In this document: piece by piece, positions 9,630-17,282 of the stretch
Layout: the number at the start of each line of letters is the position of its first letter
Position numbering within the stretch: position 1 is the first letter of the stretch
From: Candidatus Pacearchaeota archaeon
GTDB taxonomy: Archaea > Nanobdellota > Nanobdellia > Pacearchaeales > GW2011-AR1
Length of the DNA stretch: 64,000 bases
Reading direction: 5' to 3'
Assembly (NCBI GenBank): GCA_023133415.1
Contig: JAGLWM010000005.1
Span: forward strand, 4,602 to 68,601
Notes under the pieces: generated by a model
What the model was told of the DNA's origin: nothing
Databases searched by the model: none
Seen by the model: only the letters and a program-made list of their open reading frames with translations
Program-made: the position numbers and the translations under genes

Positions 9630-10250
9630 ATGTTTGAAAATAGGATTGATGCAGGAAAACAACTCGTGGAGAAACTTAAGGGATATGAGGGGAAGAGTGA
9701 TGCGATAGTTCTTGGAATTCCTCGCGGAGGGGTTACCGTTGCGTCTGTTGTTTCTAAAGCTCTTCGTTTGCCTTTGGATGTCATTGTTATAAAAAAAATC
9801 GGACTTCCGGAGAATGAGGAATTTGCGATTGGGGCTACGGGACCGGAAATATTTCATATTGATAAAGAGAGAGTTAAGGAGTTTAGTGTTGACAAAGGGG
9901 TTCTTGATGCTAAAATCAAGTTGAGGAAAAAGGAGGCTATGGAGAGGTATGATTTTTTGTCTAAAGGCAGGGCTCCGAAGTCGTTGAAAGATAAGGAGGT
10001 GATTTTGATTGACGATGGTATTGCGACTGGGGAGACGATGAGTCTTGCTGTGGAGATTGTGAGGAAGCAGTCTCCAAAAAAGATTGTTGTTGCTGTTCCT
10101 GTTGCTCCGGAGGATTCGTTGAAGAGATTGAATGTGGATGAAGTTGTTTGTATTTTGAAACCGAAGAGCTTGGGAGCAATCGGTGAATTTTATACGGATT
10201 TTTTGCCTGTTGAAGATTCTGAAGTAAGGGGGATGTTGGTCCGGCAGTAG
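9630..10250 (+). CDS. Phosphoribosyltransferase-family protein
   Basis: 'VLGIPRGGV' and the PRPP-binding loop 'VILIDDGIATGET'. Confidence 0.9.
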   Translation: MFENRIDAGKQLVEKLKGYEGKSDAIVLGIPRGGVTVASVVSKALRLPLDVIVIKKIGLPENEEFAIGATGPEIFHIDKERVKEFSVDKGVLDAKIKLRKKEAMERYDFLSKGRAPKSLKDKEVILIDDGIATGETMSLAVEIVRKQSPKKIVVAVPVAPEDSLKRLNVDEVVCILKPKSLGAIGEFYTDFLPVEDSEVRGMLVRQ

Positions 10251-10273
10251 GCAATAGGAATTAGGCAATAGGA

Positions 10274-11024
10274 TTTGTTGCACTCTGTAGAGCGCTCATG
10301 TTGCACGGTTTGTCTGTGCTTGAAGAAAAAATGGAAGTGAATGATGTTAAGATAAAAATTAAGGATGTGGAATTGAGTGGTATACTTGAGGTTCCGCAGG
10401 GGGCTGAGGCAATTATTTTGTTTGCTCATGGGAGTGGTAGTAGTAGGCTTAGTCCGAGAAATCAGTTTGTTGCGAAGGTTTTGAATAAGGCAGGATTTGC
10501 AACTCTTTTGATGGATTTGTTGACGGAAGAAGAAGAGGTTGTTGACGATAAGACTGGTGAGCTTAGGTTTGATGTGGAGTTTTTGGCGAAGAGGTTGGTT
10601 ATGGCTACGAAGTGGTTGCGAGAGAATGAGGAGACGAAAGATTTGAGAGTAGGTTATTTTGGATCTAGTACTGGTGCGGCTGCGGCGTTGATTGCGGCTT
10701 CAAAAGTTGAGGGTATTTTTGCTATTGTTTCGAGGGGTGGTCGTCCGGATTTGGCATTGGAATATTTGGATAAAGTTTCTTGTCCGACTTTGTTGATTGT
10801 TGGTGGCGAGGATAGCGAGGTAATTGGGATGAATAAGGAGGCTTTGGAGAAGTTAAAATCTAAAAAGAAGTTGGAAATAATTTCTGGGGCTACGCATCTT
10901 TTTGAGGAGAAGGGTGCGCTTGAAAAAGTTGCTGATATTGCGGCTGATTGGTTTGTGAAATTAGGAGATGGGTAATAGGATATAGGCAATAGGCAATGGG
11001 GTTTGTTGCGCTCTGTGGAGCGCT
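10274..11024 (+). repeat. Two intergenic 23-bp hairpin repeats (10274-10296, 11002-11024), each preceded by TAGGCAA heptamer runs
   Basis: TTTGTTGCACTCTGTAGAGCGCT versus TTTGTTGCGCTCTGTGGAGCGCT, 2 mismatches; the second folds as GCGCTC-TGTG-GAGCGC. Confidence 0.65.
10331..10975 (+). CDS. Dienelactone-hydrolase-like alpha/beta hydrolase
   Basis: 'FAHGSGSSR', nucleophile elbow 'GYFGSSTG', 'SRGGRPD', 'GATHLFEE'. Start taken at ATG 10331. Confidence 0.88.
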   Translation: MEVNDVKIKIKDVELSGILEVPQGAEAIILFAHGSGSSRLSPRNQFVAKVLNKAGFATLLMDLLTEEEEVVDDKTGELRFDVEFLAKRLVMATKWLRENEETKDLRVGYFGSSTGAAAALIAASKVEGIFAIVSRGGRPDLALEYLDKVSCPTLLIVGGEDSEVIGMNKEALEKLKSKKKLEIISGATHLFEEKGALEKVADIAADWFVKLGDG

Positions 11025-11080
11025 AGCAAAAATGAAAATGAAGGTTGTAAAATGAGGTATAAAAATGTGGGGTATAAGAT

Positions 11081-11905
11081 TTGAAATATATTTTGACAGA
11101 TTCTGTTAAGCATCTTAAAATTCCTTCGGTCAAAATTGAGAAAAGTTTTTTCCCGGAGGGTGAGCTTAGTTTGAGGATTAAGGAGGACTTGAAGGGAAAG
11201 GATGTTGTAGTAATTAGTAATATAACGACTGAGAATATTTTGGAATTTTTGTTTGTTGTTGATGCGGCGAAAAGGATGGGAGCTAAAGTGAAGCGGGTTG
11301 TGATTCCGTTTATGAGTTATGCTCGGCAGGATAAACTTTATACTCGTGGGGAGGCGGTTTCTGGAGCGGTTATTTGTTCGATTCTTAAATCTCTTAAGGT
11401 TCCGATTAGTGTTTTTGATGTGCATAGTTTAATGCTTCGGAAATATTTGAAATTCAGGAATGTTTCTTTGCTTCCTATGCTTGTTGAACAGCTTCCGAAG
11501 AAAGATTGGGTGGTTGTGTCGCCGGATAGGGGTGGGGCTGAGAGGGCGAAGAAAATAGCTAAGATTCTTGGGGCGCCGTTGGTTGTCATTAAGAAAATTA
11601 GGGAGGATCATGTTGATATGTGGCTTGATGAGGAGCTTCCGAGGAAGGATGTTTTGATTGTGGATGATATGGTGAGTAGTGGGACGACGCTTTTGAAAGC
11701 TGCTAAGATTTTGAAGGAGAAAGGGGCTGAAGATATTTATTGTATTTCTACGCATGGACTTTTTGTTAAGGGAGCTAGGAGTAAGTTGTTGGGGTCGGGT
11801 ATTAAGAAAATTTTTGTTACGAATAGTCTTAATGTGAAGGGTTCGAAGCAGATTCGGGTTAGGAGGATTGAGAGTTGGATAGTTGGTAGTTCGCTTCGCT
11901 GGTAG
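11081..11905 (+). CDS. prs: Ribose-phosphate pyrophosphokinase
   Basis: 'FPEGE', 'MSYARQDK', 'VVSPDRGG', 'VDDMVSSGTT', 'STHGLF'. Confidence 0.9.
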   Translation: MKYILTDSVKHLKIPSVKIEKSFFPEGELSLRIKEDLKGKDVVVISNITTENILEFLFVVDAAKRMGAKVKRVVIPFMSYARQDKLYTRGEAVSGAVICSILKSLKVPISVFDVHSLMLRKYLKFRNVSLLPMLVEQLPKKDWVVVSPDRGGAERAKKIAKILGAPLVVIKKIREDHVDMWLDEELPRKDVLIVDDMVSSGTTLLKAAKILKEKGAEDIYCISTHGLFVKGARSKLLGSGIKKIFVTNSLNVKGSKQIRVRRIESWIVGSSLRW

Positions 11906-11996
11906 TTGGTAGTCGGTAGTATTTTTGCGCTCTTAGTTCGCGCTTTGCCGATGGTTGGGTGATTGGGGAAGTTGTGAATAGGTAATTTGTTTATGT

Positions 11997-13688
11997 TTAT
12001 ATTGTTTCGATTTCGATTTTGAGTTTTTCTATAAATTCTTTAAGGTTCATTGTTTCGATTTTTTTTGAGTCTCTTGCCTTGACTGCAATTTTGTTTTCTT
12101 GTTTTTCTTTTTCTCCTATTGTTACTAAATAATTGAATCTTTGGATTTGTGCATCTCGAGCTTTTTTACCCATTGTTTCGGATTTGTCATTTAATTCGAC
12201 CTGAAAGTCTGCGTCGAAAAGTTTTTGGTATACTTCAGAAGCGTAATTCTTAACATCATCGTTCAGTGTCATTACTTTGATTTGGTTTGGGGAAAGCCAG
12301 AGAGGGAATTTTCCATTGAAATGTTCTGTTATAATTCCGATGAATCTTTCGAGTGAGCCATAGATTACTCTGTGGAGCATAATTGGTTTTTGGTTTTGGT
12401 TGTTTTTGTCTTGATAATTTAGCTCGAATCTTTCTGGTAGTGCCATGTCAAGTTGGATTGTTGAGCATTGCCATGTTCTATCTAGCGAGTCTTTTAGATG
12501 AAAATCTATTTTTGGTCCGTAGAATGCCCCGTCGCCTTCGTTAATCACATATTTCATTTTTAATTTTTTTAGAATTTCTTCTAGTGATTTTTCTGCCAAA
12601 TCCCAGATTTTTTCTGAACCTACTCTTTTTTCTGGTCTGGTTGAAAGTTCGACATGATCGAATTCTAATCCGAATGTGTTGAATATTTTGTTAATTAGCG
12701 CGATGACTTTTTCGACTTCGGACCCGAGTTGGTTTTCTGTGCAAAAAATGTGTGCGTCGTCTTGTGTAAATTGGATTAATCTAAAGAGGCCGCCCAGTGT
12801 TCCGGAGAGTTCGACTCTATGGACTATTCCGACTTCGCCGACTCTTAGCGGTAGGTCTTTGTATGTTTTTGGGGTTGTTTTATATACGAGCATTCCACCT
12901 GGACAATTCATTGGTTTTACCAAGAAGTCTCGTTTTTCATATTCTGTTTTGAAATTGTTTTCGCCATATTTTGACCAATGTCCCGAGATTTCCCAGAGTT
13001 TTCGATCCATGATTTGTGGAGTTGATATTTCTTCGTAGCCTGCAGTTCTGTGGAGGTTTCTCCATAATTCGATGAGTTTATTTTTTATGTGGAGTCCTTT
13101 TGGATGCCAAAATACCATTCCTGGCGCGACATTATTAAAGCTCCATAAATCCATTTTACTTCCGATTATTCTATGGTCGTTTTCTTTGAGTTTGGATGTG
13201 TCTAGTTTTGCTCTAGATACCTGTCTCAGAAGTTTTTCTCTTTGTTCTTCGGAGACATCTTCTTCTTCGTTTCCTTGGATTTTAAATTCGCGGGAGAGTT
13301 CGGATAGGGGATGGCCTTTTACTTTTAGTTCGAACGTTTTGTAATAGCCGAATGGGGCTCGGATTACTCTTAGGGGAGATAGTTGTTTTGCTGTTTCGTT
13401 TAAGATTTCGATTGCTGTTTCGGGGGAGGATAGGTCGCTTGATAGGTGTGCGTATGGGTAGAGGACGATTGTTTTGGGCTTGATTTGTTCGGCTATTTTT
13501 TTGATTGATTCTACTAGTTGCGGAACTGATTCTTTTGTGTCGGATTTTTCTACGGCGGTTAGGACTACAAGGCATTCTTTTGTTTCGTTTTCTAGAGTTT
13601 GGTCGGGTGCGATTTCATCGATTGATTTCATCGCTTTTTTTAGTGCTTTGAATTTAATGTAGTCGCAATGCAGATTGAGCGTTTTCAT
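11997..13688 (-). CDS. thrS: Threonine-tRNA ligase with archaeal-type N-terminal editing domain
   Basis: 'HCDYI', 'YPYAHLSS' (editing domain); 'KPMNCPG', 'FTQDDAHIF', 'GAFYGPKIDF', 'HRVIYGSLERF'. Confidence 0.95.
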   Translation of the reverse strand: MKTLNLHCDYIKFKALKKAMKSIDEIAPDQTLENETKECLVVLTAVEKSDTKESVPQLVESIKKIAEQIKPKTIVLYPYAHLSSDLSSPETAIEILNETAKQLSPLRVIRAPFGYYKTFELKVKGHPLSELSREFKIQGNEEEDVSEEQREKLLRQVSRAKLDTSKLKENDHRIIGSKMDLWSFNNVAPGMVFWHPKGLHIKNKLIELWRNLHRTAGYEEISTPQIMDRKLWEISGHWSKYGENNFKTEYEKRDFLVKPMNCPGGMLVYKTTPKTYKDLPLRVGEVGIVHRVELSGTLGGLFRLIQFTQDDAHIFCTENQLGSEVEKVIALINKIFNTFGLEFDHVELSTRPEKRVGSEKIWDLAEKSLEEILKKLKMKYVINEGDGAFYGPKIDFHLKDSLDRTWQCSTIQLDMALPERFELNYQDKNNQNQKPIMLHRVIYGSLERFIGIITEHFNGKFPLWLSPNQIKVMTLNDDVKNYASEVYQKLFDADFQVELNDKSETMGKKARDAQIQRFNYLVTIGEKEKQENKIAVKARDSKKIETMNLKEFIEKLKIEIETI

Positions 13689-13749
13689 ATTGAAAGAAAA
13701 TAAAGAGAATTTATAAAAGTATTGTAAGGAAAAGGCTTATAAGACATTA

Positions 13750-14388
13750 TTGTTTTGGTGTTTTATGAAAGGTCGAAATTTAATTAATAAGATCAGTTCT
13801 GGTTTGAAGCAGTTTGGTTTTAGTAGAGATGAAAGTGGAAAAGTTCTTGATAAAGTTGGTATTGTTGCGGGGATTTCTGATGATGGAAAAACTTTTCGGC
13901 ATTCTGTGGGTGTTGCAGAAAATTTCAAAAAGATTGGAGAATTTTATGGATTGAATGTTCCTTGTTGTTACGTATCTGGGCTTCTTCATGATATTGGCAA
14001 ATCTGTTGTTTCTTCAGAAATCGTTGCCTTTGATAAGAAATATAATGATGCAATGTATGAAGAGATGAAGAAGCATGTTAATGTGTCAATTTTGGATGAG
14101 CTTCTTGGGGGAAATTTTTCATTTATTCGTGATGTCTGTTCTTATCATCATGCTTTTCAGAAGAGGAAACCTTATCCTAGGATAAGGGAAAGTAGTTTTA
14201 GTGGTAAGAGGGGAAAGAAAGTTTTTTTGTATGCTCAGGCTTTGGCTTGGAGTGATTTTGCGGATGCGATACATAGAAATGATGGGGGCATGGCAAGTCA
14301 TTCTCTTATTGAGAGTAAGGAAAAAGTTTTTGAGGAAAATTACCCTGCAGCTTGCACTGTTATAAAATTTTTGCCTACACCTATATAG
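13750..14388 (+). CDS. HD-domain metal-dependent phosphohydrolase
   Basis: 'RHSVGVA', 'GLLHDIGK', 'YHH', 'DFADA'. Confidence 0.75.
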   Translation: MFWCFMKGRNLINKISSGLKQFGFSRDESGKVLDKVGIVAGISDDGKTFRHSVGVAENFKKIGEFYGLNVPCCYVSGLLHDIGKSVVSSEIVAFDKKYNDAMYEEMKKHVNVSILDELLGGNFSFIRDVCSYHHAFQKRKPYPRIRESSFSGKRGKKVFLYAQALAWSDFADAIHRNDGGMASHSLIESKEKVFEENYPAACTVIKFLPTPI

Positions 14389-14488
14389 ATAATTTATTTA
14401 AAGATGAAAAGATTATAAGAATAGTTAAAACAAATAGTTAGTTTTAACTTAACAAAGAATTTATAAACATTTGTGCTGTGTTCTAATT

Positions 14489-15208
14489 ATGGTAGACGAG
14501 GTGATAGATAGATGTCCGACAGGGGTAGTTGGTTTTGATAAGATTTGTCGGGGGGGATTTGTGCGGAATTCTGATAATTTAGTTGTTGGCGGTCCAGGGT
14601 CTGGGAAGTCAACTTTTCTTTTGCAGTTTCTTTGGAATGGGGCTACGCAGTTTGGGGAGAATGGTCTTTATTGTTCTTTTGAGCCGGATATTGCTGAGAC
14701 ATTGAATGATGCGATGGCATATGGTTGGGATTTTTCTAAGTTGAGTAGCGAGGGGAAGATTAAGTTTATGAGGTTTTCACCGCAGACTTCGATTGAGGAG
14801 CTGAAGAAGGAGTTGATGAAGGTGATTGCGCAAAATAGTATTAAGAGAATTTGTTTTGATCCGATTTCGGTTTTGGCGTTGAATTTGAATGATAAGGGGA
14901 AGATTAGGGAGACAATTTTTGAGTTGAGTTCTTTGATTAAGCGACTTAAGGTTACGACGATTTTTGTTGATGAGAGTTTGGAGGGCGAGATGGGTTTGAC
15001 TCGGGATGGAGAGTGGACAAAGACAGATATTTTGAGATTTCTTAGTGATTCTGTAACGGTGTTTTATGAGTCAGGGATTGCTGGGGTTGGAGATCGGGCA
15101 GTTCGGATTGTAAAGATGAGGAGGACGGCACATGAGAGGAAGGCCGTTGGGATGAAAATTGGGGATTCTGGGATTTTGGCTGGGGAAGATGTTGTTACGA
15201 ATGAATAG
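14489..15208 (+). CDS. KaiC/RAD55-like RecA-superfamily ATPase
   Basis: 'TGVVGFDKI', Walker A 'GGPGSGKS', 'YCSFE', 'IVKMRRT'. Confidence 0.88.
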   Translation: MVDEVIDRCPTGVVGFDKICRGGFVRNSDNLVVGGPGSGKSTFLLQFLWNGATQFGENGLYCSFEPDIAETLNDAMAYGWDFSKLSSEGKIKFMRFSPQTSIEELKKELMKVIAQNSIKRICFDPISVLALNLNDKGKIRETIFELSSLIKRLKVTTIFVDESLEGEMGLTRDGEWTKTDILRFLSDSVTVFYESGIAGVGDRAVRIVKMRRTAHERKAVGMKIGDSGILAGEDVVTNE

Positions 15209-15246
15209 TTACAAATAGAAAGGTTTAAATAGAATGATTTGCTGTA

Positions 15247-15567
15247 TTGTTTATGAAAACACTTGGAAAAATTATTGCTGGGGCTGCTATTCTTGGAGTA
15301 TTAGCTGGGGGAATGTATTTAAATGATAAGGGAACAGTGAGCGATAGAAATAATTTGACTTATCAGGGATATCACCCAGATAGACAGGATGGTTTTGACT
15401 TATTGATTTTTGATGATGCACCTCTTACTTATAGAACGACTGATCCAGATTTGAGGGCTATTGGAGATTCAGATAGATTTGAGATCGGTACGGATTACGA
15501 TGTTAGAGTTAAAACTCCAAGATGGTTTGGATTAAAAACTGTTGAGCCAATAAAACAAAGTGATTAA
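15247..15567 (+). CDS. Small secreted or membrane-anchored hypothetical protein
   Basis: N-terminal hydrophobic helix after MKTLGK. Confidence 0.6.
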   Translation: MFMKTLGKIIAGAAILGVLAGGMYLNDKGTVSDRNNLTYQGYHPDRQDGFDLLIFDDAPLTYRTTDPDLRAIGDSDRFEIGTDYDVRVKTPRWFGLKTVEPIKQSD

Positions 15568-15611
15568 TTATTTTTAGGATGAATTTAAAAAAATATATTT
15601 TTTAGATTGTT

Positions 15612-16073
15612 ATGGTATTAGTAGGTTTGGCTCTTGAGTATATTGATGGAGATGGACGCGATAAGTGTATTGTTGCTTCTCATATTGATATTGATAATAG
15701 TATGTGTGCGCAATATTCCAGAATAATTGCAAAGAAAGTGTTTGGTCGTGAATATACTCCTGCGAATGCGTGGGATTTGAAATATGCTAATAGGGCTGTT
15801 GTTCCTGAGGATGGCTTAAGGAACGGGCAACGTGGCGACATTGTTACTTTTTTTAGTCCGTTGAGTAGGCATAATACTAGGGGCGCCAAAAATCTCGATA
15901 TTAAGGGAAATGTTCGGAATTGCACTCATGCCGGGTTGATTTATGATTTTAATAAAAATGGTGATCCTGTAGTTGTTCATCAGTATCTTTCTACGTTTGA
16001 AGTTGGATTGCTGAGCGAGATAGAAAAAAAGCGAAGAATAAGGGTTGTTGAAATAATTCGGACTAAAGATTAG
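15612..16073 (+). CDS. CHAP/NlpC-P60-like cysteine amidase domain; N-terminus interrupted by an in-frame TAG
   Basis: 'CAQY...ANAWD...GDIVTF...THAG' ordering of Cys and His motifs. The upstream in-frame ATG 15579 gives MNLKKYIF*IVMVLVGLAL. Confidence 0.6.
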   Translation: MVLVGLALEYIDGDGRDKCIVASHIDIDNSMCAQYSRIIAKKVFGREYTPANAWDLKYANRAVVPEDGLRNGQRGDIVTFFSPLSRHNTRGAKNLDIKGNVRNCTHAGLIYDFNKNGDPVVVHQYLSTFEVGLLSEIEKKRRIRVVEIIRTKD

Positions 16074-17182
16074 TTTTTGAAAAGGAATTTGTCTATTTGT
16101 TTGTCCGCATTTTCTCTCTGTTTTTGATGTTCGGATAGGATTGTGTTTATTTTGTTTATTAGAATTGTTTTGACTTCGCCTGACAATAGTTCTCCTTTAG
16201 AATATTTATTGTAGATATCTACTAGTTTTTCATCGTCATGTTCGAAATATTTTAACCATTGGCATGCGACATCTACTTCTACGTTTCCGCCTTTCTTTCG
16301 ATGTTCTTTGATTGTATCTCTTCCTCCACTGAAGGCGTATTTGTTAATTTTCTTTTTGACTGTTTTTGCATTATCTGTCATTAGTATTGTTTTTGAGGAA
16401 TCTGAGCTGCTTGATTTTCCTTTGATGCCGGTTAGTGGGGACATAAATTTTGAGTGGAGGATTGCGGGTTTTTTGTGTCCGAGTTTTTCTACGACGTCTC
16501 GAGAGATTCTGAAGTGTGGGTCTTGATCGATGGCTAGTGGGATTAGGCAGTATTCTGATTTTTTGTTTAGAATGTTTGGGAGGAAGATTGGGACGGTTTG
16601 CATGCTTGTGTAGAAGATTGAGCCGATGTTGTTTGAGTCGGTGAATCCGAATGCGGCTTTGATTGTTGAGAATGTTATTTTTTTTGCGACTTTGATTGCT
16701 TCGGGGTACATTATGCCAGCGTGTTTTGTGTCGATTAGGAAGTGGGTTTTTTTAGGGTTGAATCCTATCGCTATTACGTCTAACATATTTTCATGGGTCC
16801 ACTGTTGGATTTCTTCATAGGTTTTGTTTTTGTAAAGGAATTTTTCGTCGTCGGTGAATTGGAACCATAGCTCGACGTTGAATTTGTCTTGAAGCCATTT
16901 GACGAAGTTCCAGATAGAATAGTGTCCGAGGTGGATTGGGCCTGAGGGTCCGCAACCAGTGTAGAGGAAGAATTTTTGTCCTGCTTCGTATGCGTCTAGA
17001 AGTTTTTCTAGGTCTCGGTGTGCGAAGAAGATTTCTCGTTTTAGGTAGGGGTGAACTTCGCCTGTGATTTTTTTGATTCGGGTTAGAAGTTTTTTGTCGA
17101 TTTTTTTTATTCCGAATTCTGTGATAAGTCGGTCATAGTCGATTTTGCCTTCAACTTCGTAGGGATTAACTCTTGTTTTCAT
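16070..17182 (-). CDS. trpS: Tryptophan-tRNA ligase (archaeal type)
   Basis: 'YTGCGPSGPIHLGH', 'AIDQDPHFR', 'KGKSSSS', 'YAFSGGR'. Confidence 0.95.
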   Translation of the reverse strand: MKTRVNPYEVEGKIDYDRLITEFGIKKIDKKLLTRIKKITGEVHPYLKREIFFAHRDLEKLLDAYEAGQKFFLYTGCGPSGPIHLGHYSIWNFVKWLQDKFNVELWFQFTDDEKFLYKNKTYEEIQQWTHENMLDVIAIGFNPKKTHFLIDTKHAGIMYPEAIKVAKKITFSTIKAAFGFTDSNNIGSIFYTSMQTVPIFLPNILNKKSEYCLIPLAIDQDPHFRISRDVVEKLGHKKPAILHSKFMSPLTGIKGKSSSSDSSKTILMTDNAKTVKKKINKYAFSGGRDTIKEHRKKGGNVEVDVACQWLKYFEHDDEKLVDIYNKYSKGELLSGEVKTILINKINTILSEHQKQRENADKQIDKFLFKN

Positions 17183-17282
17183 AGTAATGTGTTATGGGGA
17201 TTCTTTTTATATTTATTGATGTCTTTGGAATGAAGCATGAATTGTTCACAATATTTATATAGTAAAATTTCGTGGATGGGAT

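Noticed and set aside
14489-15208. KaiC-like gene as a circadian clock component
   Set aside because: It is a single-domain protein with no kaiA or kaiB nearby; such ATPases are common in archaea.
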